Source of the DNA: Burkholderiales bacterium
Lineage (GTDB): Bacteria; Pseudomonadota; Gammaproteobacteria; Burkholderiales; SG8-39
Direction: 5' to 3'
DNA: 64,000 nt
Assembly: GCA_017880775.1 (NCBI GenBank)
Contig: JADGRQ010000019.1
Span: 3,133-67,132, forward strand
Below are positions 1 to 8,150 of the stretch, piece by piece; within the stretch, counting starts at the first letter, position 1, and each line of letters starts with the position of its first letter. The notes below the pieces were generated by a model that saw nothing but the letters and a program-made list of their open reading frames with translations, was not told the DNA's origin and made no database searches. The position numbers and the translations under genes were made by a program.

Positions 1-312
1 GGCGAAGTTACGCGACAATCCCGTGTAGGTTTGAAACTTCTCGCTCCCCAGGAACCCAGACACCAGCAGGCGCGCGTGCTCCGACCCCGCAATCGGAAAT
101 TCGAAGCCCTTGCCCAGAGTCAGACCGAAAGACCGGTCAGACAGCCTGTCCGGCGCGTTCCTCGCGCGCGTAACGTTGCTGTCGGCGGTGAAATTCGCCT
201 CGATGCGGATGTCGCGGGAATCGTCCGCAAGCAATGGATCCGGGCTGCCGAGGACGCCGAGCAGCACCGCCGTGGCAGCGCTCCGGATCGCCCTGATCAT
301 TCCAACCCGCAT
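1..312 (-). CDS. Partial (runs off the window) secreted, possibly outer-membrane beta-barrel protein
   Basis: Own translation of the minus strand from ATG at 312: MRVGMIRAIRSAATAVLLGVLGSPDPLLADDSRDIRIEANFTADSNVTRARNAPDRLSDRSFGLTLGKGFEF..., open to base 1, with a signal-peptide-like N-terminus. Absent from the ORF track because it is truncated. Confidence 0.55.
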   Translation of the reverse strand, partial: MRVGMIRAIRSAATAVLLGVLGSPDPLLADDSRDIRIEANFTADSNVTRARNAPDRLSDRSFGLTLGKGFEFPIAGSEHARLLVSGFLGSEKFQTYTGLSRNFA

Positions 313-342
313 TGGTATTAGCCCCCCCTGTATTCTGCACCC

Positions 343-990
343 ATGCGGCCCCGAATCGCCCTGCTCGCCCTGATCATCGCACTGCTGGGCTTCGCCTGGC
401 ACAGCGGGGCGTTCCGCACGTTCAGCGACGTTGACCAGGTGCGCGCCCTGCTCGATTCGTGGGGGCCGTGGGCCTACGTATTCTTCCTCGGCAGCTTCAC
501 CCTCCTCCAGCCGCTCGGTATTCCAGCATTCTTCTGGGTTCTGCCCGCAGCGATCCTGTGGCCCTTCTGGGTTGCATTCCCGCTTTCGCTGGCTGGCGCG
601 CTCGGAGCGGCCAGCGTCGGGTTTCTCTTCGCGCGTTACCTTGCGCGCGTATGGGTGGCGGCGCGGCTGCCCGATCGCCTGCGGCGCGTCGACGACCGGC
701 TCGAGACGCACGGCCTGCGCGCAGTAATCCTGGTTCGGCTCGTATTCCTGCTCAGTCCTCCGACGCACTGGCTGTTCGGCCTGTCGAGAGTGAGCTACGG
801 CGCGTTCGCGCTGGGCACAGTCCTCGGGTCGATCCCCAACCTCGCGCTGGTGACCTACTTCGGCGAGAACGCGCTCCGCTGGATCGATCAGAACTCGACC
901 CTGACATGGATGGCTTTCGCAGCGATTGTCGCGGGTGTGCTGGTCGTGCGCCGGGTACTTCTCGCGCGGTTGAAGTCGAAGGCCGGGTAA
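343..990 (+). CDS. TVP38/TMEM64 (VTT domain, DedA superfamily) membrane protein
   Basis: Hydrophobic 215 aa with GAASVGFLFARYL, ILVRLVFLLSPP and FALGTVLGSIP motifs typical of the family. Confidence 0.8.
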   Translation: MRPRIALLALIIALLGFAWHSGAFRTFSDVDQVRALLDSWGPWAYVFFLGSFTLLQPLGIPAFFWVLPAAILWPFWVAFPLSLAGALGAASVGFLFARYLARVWVAARLPDRLRRVDDRLETHGLRAVILVRLVFLLSPPTHWLFGLSRVSYGAFALGTVLGSIPNLALVTYFGENALRWIDQNSTLTWMAFAAIVAGVLVVRRVLLARLKSKAG

Positions 991-1082
991 GTAAATCTGC
1001 TCAGCGCACCCCGATTCCCACCAATGCCCTGTGGATTGCGGCGCTGGTTGCAGGCTTGATTCACAGCGCGTAGGATTATCGG

Positions 1083-1160
1083 GTCGGGGTAAGCAGACTC
1101 CCGGCATTCCCAAGACGGCCACCCGTCCAAGTTCTGCCTGTCGCATCGGTCGCGAGAGGC
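1083..1160 (+). ncRNA. Structured leader RNA, copy 1 (chrB-motif-like riboswitch candidate), upstream of chrA
   Basis: P1 gtcgggg/ctcccggc around the GCAGA loop, aaGACG-gccacc-CGTC hairpin, caagtTCTGC (complementary to GCAGA), then hairpin gcctgtcgc...gcgagaggc covering the SD. Same layout as the copies at 5233 and 6766. Confidence 0.65.
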
Positions 1161-1168
1161 GTAGACGG

Positions 1169-2362
1169 ATGGAAACGAATCACCCTGTAGAAGATTTACC
1201 GGTTCCCGCGTATTCCCTGTGGGACCTGGTGCATTACGTGCTGCGGCTCGGCACCTTCGGATTCGGCGGCCCTGTAGCGCTCGTCGGCTACATGCATCGG
1301 GATCTCGTCGAGCAGCGTAAGTGGATCTCCGAGACCGACTACAAGGAGGGCCTGACGCTCGCGCAGCTCATGCCCGGCCCGCTCGCCGCGCAGCTCGCAA
1401 TCTACCTGGGCTTCGTGCACTACCGGATTCTCGGCGCGACGCTGGTCGGCATCGCGTTCGTTCTGCCGTCGTTTCTGATGGTGGTGGCGCTCGGAGCGGC
1501 CTACGTCGCTTATGGCGGCCTCACATGGATGCAGGCGGTGTTCTATGGGGTCGGCGCCGCCGTGATCGGCATCATCGCCATCAGCGCCTACAAGCTCACG
1601 ACCAAGAGCATCGGCAAGGATCGGGTGCTGTGGGCGATTTACCTGGTAGCGGCCGCTGTCACGATCGTCACGGAATCGGAGAGCGTGTGGCTGTTTCTCA
1701 CCGCCGGCGTGCTGGTTTGGCTGCTCAGGGCGCCGCCGAAGAACTGGTTCAGCAAGGACGGCGCCGCGAGCATGGCGTTGGCCGCGCAGCTCCCGACCGT
1801 TTCTGGAGTTGCCTCGGTCGTCGATTGGCCCGTGCTGCTTCAGATCGGAGTTTTCTTCGCCGAAGCGGGCGCCTTCGTCTTCGGCAGCGGTCTTGCGATT
1901 GTTCCGTTCCTTTACGGCGGCGTGGTCAATGAGCACCACTGGCTGAACGAGCGGCAGTTCATCGATGCCGTTGCGGTCGCAATGATTACACCGGGCCCAG
2001 TGGTTATCACGGTCGGTTTCATCGGCTATCTGATTGCGGGCTTTCCGGGTGCGGCGGTCGCTGCCCTCGCGACCTTTCTACCTTGCTATCTTTTCACGAT
2101 CATTCCAGCGCCGTACTTCAGGAAGCACGGCAAGAAGCCCGGAATCGTCGCGTTCGTGGACGGGGTAACGGCCGCCGCGATCGGCACGATTACGGGCGCG
2201 GTGATCGTCCTTGGCAAGCGCTCGATCAGCGATATTCCGACCGTCGCAATCTTTGTGATCACGATTCTGCTCCTTTGGAAAGTCAAAAAACTTCCCGAGC
2301 CAGCGATCGTGGCACTGGCGGCGGTGATTGGATTGGTTGTCTATCCGATGATGAAGACATAG
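1169..2362 (+). CDS. chrA: Chromate ion transporter (long-chain CHR family)
   Basis: LRLGTFGFGGP, AQLMPGPLAAQ, AFVFGSG and AMITPGPV motifs in two homologous halves. Start placed at ATG 1169 after gagagg. Confidence 0.93.
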   Translation: METNHPVEDLPVPAYSLWDLVHYVLRLGTFGFGGPVALVGYMHRDLVEQRKWISETDYKEGLTLAQLMPGPLAAQLAIYLGFVHYRILGATLVGIAFVLPSFLMVVALGAAYVAYGGLTWMQAVFYGVGAAVIGIIAISAYKLTTKSIGKDRVLWAIYLVAAAVTIVTESESVWLFLTAGVLVWLLRAPPKNWFSKDGAASMALAAQLPTVSGVASVVDWPVLLQIGVFFAEAGAFVFGSGLAIVPFLYGGVVNEHHWLNERQFIDAVAVAMITPGPVVITVGFIGYLIAGFPGAAVAALATFLPCYLFTIIPAPYFRKHGKKPGIVAFVDGVTAAAIGTITGAVIVLGKRSISDIPTVAIFVITILLLWKVKKLPEPAIVALAAVIGLVVYPMMKT

Positions 2363-2371
2363 GAGTCAGAT

Positions 2372-2995
2372 ATGAGAGGAGCCATCATGGTCGCATTGAC
2401 GGTGCTATCGACGACTGCCGCATTCGCTGAAACGGATAATTTCGACAAGGACAAGCCGGGTTCCGTGCCGGCCGGCTGGGCGTGCGGCGTAACGGGGAAG
2501 GGCAATCCCCGCTGGGCTGTCGACGCAGACGGTTCGGCCCCGAGCGCGCCCAACGTGCTCAGGCAGAATGGGTCGGGGACGTTTCCCTGGTGCGTGAAGA
2601 AGAACGCAGCGATTGCCGACGGATTTGTCGAAGTGAAATTCAAGTCTGAAAAGGGCAAAGAAGACCAGGCCGGCGGGGTGGTATGGCGCTGGAAGAGCGG
2701 AGACAACTACTACGTCGCCCGCGGAAACGCGCTGGAAAACAATCTGTCGCTTTACTACACCGCCAGTGGCAGTCGCAACACGATCAAGTATGTCGATGCT
2801 GCCGTACCGCCCAATGTCTGGCACACCTTGCGGGTGGAGTTCGCCGGCAGGCGAATCAAGGTGCTTCTCGATGGCAAACCATACATCGAGCTGGAGGACG
2901 ATCACATTGCGGGCGCCGGCGCGGTGGGCGTCTGGACGAAGGCGGACAGCGTCACCGCTTTCGACGATTTCAGTTACGGGGCAGTCGGCAAATAG
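2372..2995 (+). CDS. Secreted concanavalin/LamG-like beta-sandwich protein (DUF1080-like)
   Basis: Signal peptide, beta-rich sequence with WHTLRVEF and GAVGVWTKADSVTAFDDF, RBS aggag. Confidence 0.65.
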   Translation: MRGAIMVALTVLSTTAAFAETDNFDKDKPGSVPAGWACGVTGKGNPRWAVDADGSAPSAPNVLRQNGSGTFPWCVKKNAAIADGFVEVKFKSEKGKEDQAGGVVWRWKSGDNYYVARGNALENNLSLYYTASGSRNTIKYVDAAVPPNVWHTLRVEFAGRRIKVLLDGKPYIELEDDHIAGAGAVGVWTKADSVTAFDDFSYGAVGK

Positions 2996-2998
2996 GAG

Positions 2999-3931
2999 AT
3001 GGCCATGATCAAGATCATTGGTGGTTGTTTGATGTGTTGTTTGATTGCAATGACAGCTATTGCGGCCGGCACCAAGCTCGACACTGCGAAAATCGAGCAG
3101 ATCACGGGGATGAAGGGAAATTTCAATCAGAAGGAGAACGTCTTCAAAGTGAGCATGCCTCGGGCCGACGTGCAAGTCTCGGTTGACGGCTGGGCAATGC
3201 CGCCATTCATGGGTCTGGGTCCCTGGGCGGCGTTCACTCCGCATCACGGATCGATGGTGATGGTGATGGGCGACATGGTGCTCTTCCAGGATGAAGTGAA
3301 TCCTGCGATGAGCGCAGCGCTCAATTCCGGTCTGTCCGTGACCGCCCTTCATAACCACTTCTTCTTTGACGAGCCCAAGGTCTATTTCATGCACATAGAG
3401 GGAGAAGGTGCGGTCGAGAAGCTTGCCACTGGCGTAAGAGCAATCTTCGACACGGTAAAGGAGATCCGCGCGAAGAATGCGCAGCCCGCGACCGTATTTC
3501 CTGGCGAGCGCATACCAGTGCAGAGCTCGATTTCCGCAAAGCCGCTACAGGAAATCTTTGGCATTCCGGGCCAGTTGAACAACGGCATGTTCAAGGCAGT
3601 GTTCGGGCGAACGACCAAAATGAACGGAACCACGGTCGGCAACGAGATGGGCGTCAATACCTGGGCAGCATTTGCCGGCTCCGACGACAACGCGGTGGTT
3701 GATGGCGATTTTGCGATGTACGAGAGCGAGCTCCAAACCGTGCTCAGGGCCATGCGCAACGGGGGCATCAACATTGTCGCTATCCATCACCACATGAGCG
3801 ACGAGAAACCCAAATTCCTGTTCCTTCACTACTGGGGCCGGGGCAAGGCGGAGGACTTGGCGCGCGCATTGCATAGTGCAATGGAATCACAACGCGCGGG
3901 CAGCAAGAGAAAGAGCGGCCACGGTGGGTGA
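2999..3931 (+). CDS. DUF1259 (LppY/LpqO-like) secreted protein with two His-rich repeats
   Basis: Signal peptide and duplicated domain with TALHNHFFFDEPKVYFMH and VAIHHHMSDEKPKFLFLHYWG. Confidence 0.8.
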   Translation: MAMIKIIGGCLMCCLIAMTAIAAGTKLDTAKIEQITGMKGNFNQKENVFKVSMPRADVQVSVDGWAMPPFMGLGPWAAFTPHHGSMVMVMGDMVLFQDEVNPAMSAALNSGLSVTALHNHFFFDEPKVYFMHIEGEGAVEKLATGVRAIFDTVKEIRAKNAQPATVFPGERIPVQSSISAKPLQEIFGIPGQLNNGMFKAVFGRTTKMNGTTVGNEMGVNTWAAFAGSDDNAVVDGDFAMYESELQTVLRAMRNGGINIVAIHHHMSDEKPKFLFLHYWGRGKAEDLARALHSAMESQRAGSKRKSGHGG

Positions 3932-4173
3932 CGCGGCGCGCCGCGTACTCCACACTGGTGCGTTGTTTCTGTCAATGGGAACGGGGCTCGCAGAGAATTG
4001 GAAGGTCGTGAAGCGTGAGGCGGCGCGAGCCCTTTTCGCCGACAAAGAGTTTGGTGATGGCGTGCACTTTGCTTATCGGTTTCGTACGGACGGAACCTTT
4101 TCCGGGACCGAAATGGGGAAGGACGTTCGGGGCACCCGGCGCGTCGAGTCTCTCGACTTCGAGCGGCGACGGT

Positions 4174-5124
4174 CTACCGAGTTTGGCGTCGTGCGTAGGC
4201 CGAATAAAACATATCCAGAATTCGCCTGGCCTCGGCAAGCACCGCGTCGTCGGTCCGGGCCTTATCCTTGGCTCCTCTCATGAGGGTTTCCAGGCCCTTG
4301 GCGTCGGCGACTGGAATACCACCGATGTCGAGAAAGTGCACCGCGGCGCCGATTGCGCCGAGCGCCGGATCGTTGTCAAGTCCGAAGCTCGCGAGAAGAA
4401 CCTCGAATGTCACGCGGTTATCAACGTGCGTGAATTCTGCACCGTCGAAATCGAAGCCGATGGCCTTCTTCGGGCGGTCGCGCGGACGATCAATCCAGAC
4501 GAACCTGGCATCCCCGTCGATGAACCGCTTGATGAGCCAGGCGCTGGCGAGACGGTCCACCCACAGGTCTTTGCGGGTGGCCCATAGACGCCTCTGATAC
4601 CGCTTCCTATTGACTTGCTGCAGCCGCTTGCTGGCTGGGTGCGGCTCCCCGCGGGGATACGCTTCCTGAAAGCTTCGCTTGAGTGCCGAAATCGCTTCGG
4701 CAGCTTGCATCTTCGCCCCGTCCGGAAAGAAGTCGATCTGCGTCAGCCTGTCGAATGAGCGCTGCAAACGCTGAATCGTCGTCTGTGCTTTGCGAGGTCC
4801 AAGGCGCGGCATCGAATTCATCGCGACGCCGACCTTCCGGACGAGCGCGCCGTAATCGGCGCTACGGTCGAATAATTTGCGCACCTGCTCGAGATGTTCG
4901 GCCGACTTGATCTCCAGTTCGACCGTCATGGCGAAGCCGCCGGCTGCGACGATCTGGGATTCCATTTTTGCCAGAACCGCGTCGCCTGCTGAGCCTGCTG
5001 GCAGGACGTAGACGCCATCGCGCAGCACGCCACAGCCCGTTTCCTTTAGTGCCCGCCAGACCCGCATCCGAACTGTCGAATGACGCACGGGCAGGCTCAG
5101 AACCAAGGCATCGAATCGAGACAT
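4174..5124 (-). CDS. chrB: Chromate-responsive regulator ChrB (N-terminal HTH plus ChrB_C)
   Basis: RMRVWRALKETGCGVLRDGVYVLP N-terminus; WATRKDLWVDRLASAWLIKRFID and GFDFDGAEFTH...VTFEVL C-terminal motifs. Confidence 0.92.
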   Translation of the reverse strand: MSRFDALVLSLPVRHSTVRMRVWRALKETGCGVLRDGVYVLPAGSAGDAVLAKMESQIVAAGGFAMTVELEIKSAEHLEQVRKLFDRSADYGALVRKVGVAMNSMPRLGPRKAQTTIQRLQRSFDRLTQIDFFPDGAKMQAAEAISALKRSFQEAYPRGEPHPASKRLQQVNRKRYQRRLWATRKDLWVDRLASAWLIKRFIDGDARFVWIDRPRDRPKKAIGFDFDGAEFTHVDNRVTFEVLLASFGLDNDPALGAIGAAVHFLDIGGIPVADAKGLETLMRGAKDKARTDDAVLAEARRILDMFYSAYARRQTR

Positions 5125-5135
5125 TTCAGTTATAG

Positions 5136-5186
5136 ATATTACATATTAGTGATAGTCTTGACAAGAGATGTGGACTGGGATAAGGT
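5136..5186. promoter_or_regulatory. Overlapping divergent sigma70-type promoters with an AT-rich imperfect palindrome (candidate ChrB operator)
   Basis: Plus strand: TTGACA (5158-5163), 17 bp, TAAGGT (5181-5186). Minus strand: TTGTCA (5164-5159), 17 bp, TAATAT (5141-5136). Imperfect inverted repeat tattac-atatta-gtgata. Confidence 0.6.
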
Positions 5187-5232
5187 CCGCTCCACGTAGG
5201 AGGCTCGACCGCTAGAAACAGCAGTCGGGTTC

Positions 5233-5314
5233 CCTAGCCGGGTTTTACGCAGACACCCGGTCCACAAAGACGCTTCCGTCTCAAGCGCTGCTCCATTCCC
5301 TTTCGGGGAAGGAG
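5233..5314 (+). ncRNA. Structured leader RNA, copy 2 (chrB-motif-like riboswitch candidate)
   Basis: cctagCCGGG-ttttacGCAGaca-CCCGG tccacaaa GACG-cttc-CGTC tcaagcgCTGC, then ctccattccc-tttc-ggggaaggag hairpin occluding the SD of ATG 5322. Confidence 0.75.
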
Positions 5315-5321
5315 TACGTGT

Positions 5322-5465
5322 ATGAGCAACGGAATCGCATCAAATATCGTGCTCGGTCCAGGCGCGGCAGCAAAGCGCTCCGCAACGGCGAACCGCAGCA
5401 CTCGGCTCCTCACACGATCGGATGTTGCCAGGCTGCTGCGCCTACCAGAATGCATCGACGCGGGC
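5322..5465 (+). pseudogene. N-terminal remnant of an ornithine cyclodeaminase/mu-crystallin family gene
   Basis: TRLLTRSDVARLLRLPECIDA resembles the family N-terminus and the similarity is lost immediately afterwards. Strong SD (aaggag). End coordinate approximate. Confidence 0.45.
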
Positions 5466-5751
5466 CTGCCGAAGGCCATCTCCGGCAGCGATATCTGCAC
5501 CACCTGCACTCCATCCCGCCGATTCATTGTTGATCGGGACTGCGTACCGCCGGGCGCAAGCCAGGACGGCAAAGCGAGACGGAAACGATCGTTTTCGATT
5601 CAAGCGGGGTCGCGTTGGGAGATGTCGCTGCCGCGGCCCTGGTGTACGAGCGGGCAGTCCAGCTCAGCGGTGGTCCGTCCATCTGCCTGACGGACTGAAA
5701 CGCTCAATTAGTGAATTTACCCAGTGTCACAACCACCATGGAGACTTTGAC

Positions 5752-6705
5752 ATGCGCTATCAGTTGAAACAAATTTACTGCCGTCCCTGGACGCTGAGCG
5801 GCCTTTCGCTGCCACTCATCGAGAGCCACTACGAGAACAACTATGGCGGGGCGCTGCGGCGCCTGAACGCCATCACCGAGCAGCTCGAGTCGCTCGATTT
5901 CGCGAACACGCCGGGCTACGTCATCAACGGCCTGAAGCGTGAGGAGCTGGTCGCGCTCAATTCCACGCTGCTGCACGAGCTCTATTTCGCCAGCCTGGGC
6001 GGCGATGGCCGGGTGACCAATGCGATGTCCGAGGCGCTCGCGCGCGACTTCGGCTCGGTTCAGTGCTGGCGCACCGAGTTTTCCGCCATGGGCTACGCGC
6101 TGGGCGGCGGCTCGGGATGGGTACTACTTTGCTGGATGCCGCGCGACGGCCGCCTGATCAACCAGTACGCGGCCGAACACAGCCAGGCGGTGGCGGGCGG
6201 CATCCCGATGCTCGCGCTCGACGTGTACGAGCACGCCTACCACATCGATTTCGGCGCGAATGTGAAGGCCTACGTCGACACGTTCCTGCGGAACATCGAC
6301 TGGCAGGCGGTCGAGGGCCGCTACGAAGATGCAATCAAGGTGGCGCCGCCGCGGCCGCTGGTGCAGGAGGAATTCGGCAACCTGCCCGGCGTCGGCGTCG
6401 AGGAGGTGAGGGCGATGCTGGCAGAAGGCAAACCCTTGCAGCTCATCGACACGCGGCCGATGCATTTCGTCTCGCGCCAGAAGGACATCGCGGAAGGCGT
6501 CACCTGGCGCGACCCGGAGAGAGTGCAGGAATGGATGGGCGAGCTCTCGAAATCCGACCCGGTGGTGGTGTATTGCGCCTACGGCTTTCACGTCGGCTGC
6601 CGCACCGCGATCGCGCTTCGCGAGGCTGGCTTCGACGCCCGCTACATGAAGGTCGGTCATTCGGGCTGGAAGGCGGCCGGCGGCCCGATCCGGATGCAGG
6701 CGTAG
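5752..6705 (+). CDS. chrC: Fe/Mn superoxide dismutase (ChrC-like) fused to a C-terminal rhodanese domain
   Basis: ESHYENNYGG, LHELYF, GGSGWV and LDVYEHAYHIDFG SOD motifs; VVVYCAYGFHVG rhodanese loop. Start ATG 5752 after ggaga. Confidence 0.85.
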   Translation: MRYQLKQIYCRPWTLSGLSLPLIESHYENNYGGALRRLNAITEQLESLDFANTPGYVINGLKREELVALNSTLLHELYFASLGGDGRVTNAMSEALARDFGSVQCWRTEFSAMGYALGGGSGWVLLCWMPRDGRLINQYAAEHSQAVAGGIPMLALDVYEHAYHIDFGANVKAYVDTFLRNIDWQAVEGRYEDAIKVAPPRPLVQEEFGNLPGVGVEEVRAMLAEGKPLQLIDTRPMHFVSRQKDIAEGVTWRDPERVQEWMGELSKSDPVVVYCAYGFHVGCRTAIALREAGFDARYMKVGHSGWKAAGGPIRMQA

Positions 6706-6765
6706 CCGCACGGCTATCGAACTCGAAATGTAGGCGGCTGGCTGCCGGGAACGGAAGCTGAGCCG

Positions 6766-6848
6766 CCTAGCCGGGTCATAAGGCAGACACCCGGCCCACA
6801 AAGACGATCTCGTCGCAAGCGCTGCTCCCATTCCCTTCGGGAAGGAGC
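6766..6848 (+). ncRNA. Structured leader RNA, copy 3 (chrB-motif-like riboswitch candidate)
   Basis: Close repeat of 5233-5314, with the differences mainly in loops (tcataag vs ttttac; atct vs cttc). SD aaggag lies in the 3' hairpin. An upstream 9-bp inverted repeat taggcggct (6731-6739)/agccgccta (6761-6769) abuts it. Confidence 0.75.
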
Positions 6849-6857
6849 GAGGTACAC

Positions 6858-7652
6858 ATGAATACGATCACTTTTTCAGAGTTGCGGTCGGCACTTGGCG
6901 AGCGTAATGCTCCCATCGTGCTGGACGTCAGGCGGCAGCCCGCTTACCGCGAAGCGAACGACACGATCTCCGGCGCACTGCGCCGCGATCCGGACGCTGT
7001 CGGCGATTGGGCGAAAACACTGCCGCGCGGGAGCAGCGTCGTCGCGTACTGCGTGCACGGACATGAAGTGAGCCAGAAGGTGGCGAAGACGCTCGATGAA
7101 CATCAAATCCGTGCGCGCTACCTGGAAGGCGGTATCGAAGCCTGGAAGGCGAAACAGGGGCCGCTTGACCGCAAGCCCGCGGGCGGGGACACACGCTGGG
7201 TGACGCGCGAGCGTCCCAAGATCGACCGCATTGCCTGTCCGTGGCTGATCGCGCGCTTCGTCGACCGCGACGCGGAATTTCTGTACGTGCCGCCCAAGCA
7301 GGTGCTCGAGGTGGCGCAGGCGCGCGACGCCGTGCCGTACGACGTTCCCGATGTGCGTTTTACGCACGACGGCGAGCTCTGCAGTTTCGACGCGTTCATC
7401 AAGCATTACCGATTGATCGGCGATCCAGCGCTCGAGCGGCTTGCGCTGATCGTCCGCGGCGCGGACACCGGGAATCTGGATCTCGCCGCTCAGGCGCCGG
7501 GGCTCGCCGCCGTGTCGCTCGGACTGTCGCGCATCTTCTCGGACGACCACGAGATGCTGAAGCATGGAATGGTCGTTTACGACGCGCTCTACGCCTGGTG
7601 CAAGGAGGGTCAGGACGAAGTCCACACATGGAATCCGGAAGCCTACCGCTGA
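6858..7652 (+). CDS. Rhodanese (ChrE-like) plus ChrB_C (ChrF-like) fusion protein
   Basis: LDVRR...VVAYCVHGHEVS...YLEGGIEAW rhodanese; RWVTRERPKIDRIACPWLIARFVD and FTHDGELCSFDA ChrB_C motifs. Confidence 0.85.
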   Translation: MNTITFSELRSALGERNAPIVLDVRRQPAYREANDTISGALRRDPDAVGDWAKTLPRGSSVVAYCVHGHEVSQKVAKTLDEHQIRARYLEGGIEAWKAKQGPLDRKPAGGDTRWVTRERPKIDRIACPWLIARFVDRDAEFLYVPPKQVLEVAQARDAVPYDVPDVRFTHDGELCSFDAFIKHYRLIGDPALERLALIVRGADTGNLDLAAQAPGLAAVSLGLSRIFSDDHEMLKHGMVVYDALYAWCKEGQDEVHTWNPEAYR

Positions 7653-7678
7653 GGTGCTGGTCGAACTCCAGCAGGCGA

Positions 7679-8056
7679 TCACGGGCCGACCACGGAGACT
7701 GCCTCTCCTTCGCCTGGCCACGGCGGCATGGTGACGCCGATTGCCGACACGGCCTCCGTGCTCGAGGCGCGAAACTGGAATTGCGTGCCCATAGGAATCG
7801 TAAGACAGACGCCTGGCTCGAGTGCGACAATTTCTTCTCGTCCGGCCTGTTTGCGCCACATTTCCCCGCGGCCTGATATTACGAACCAGATTTCCTCGAC
7901 CTTCCGATGCGTGACGGCGATTGACGTTTTGCCGGCTCCCAGCTCGAAATGCGCCATGCCGCCGGAAGCCAAGCCCAGCAACACGCGCACGTCAGAGCCG
8001 TCCGGACCGACGGTGATTCGATTGGACGGGAGTCGCATAGTTGCAAACGCGCTCAT
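7679..8056 (-). CDS. Cupin domain protein
   Basis: HRKVEEIWFVISGRGEMW and LEPGVCLTIPMGTQFQFR cupin motifs. Start ATG 8056 after gagagg. Confidence 0.8.
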   Translation of the reverse strand: MSAFATMRLPSNRITVGPDGSDVRVLLGLASGGMAHFELGAGKTSIAVTHRKVEEIWFVISGRGEMWRKQAGREEIVALEPGVCLTIPMGTQFQFRASSTEAVSAIGVTMPPWPGEGEAVSVVGP

Positions 8057-8150
8057 GTCGTTCCTCTCGCTCGACTTCAATGCGGCCTAACGAAGTAGAC
8101 AGCCAAAAACGCGGAGTGTACCCAAGAATTTGCTATCCTCCCTGCGTCCC

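Noticed and set aside
3876-4283. ORF after the DUF1259 gene (…FADKEFGDGVHFAYRFRTDG…)
   Set aside because: No credible start, and it overlaps chrB on the opposite strand. It may be a gene remnant but I cannot support a call.
5233-5314. Guanidine-III (ykkC-III) riboswitch, suggested by CCGG...CCCGG...ACAAAGACG
   Set aside because: It lacks the conserved CGA after P1, GACG forms a local hairpin here, and the gene context is chr rather than SMR/guanidine genes. A covariance-model search is needed to exclude it formally.
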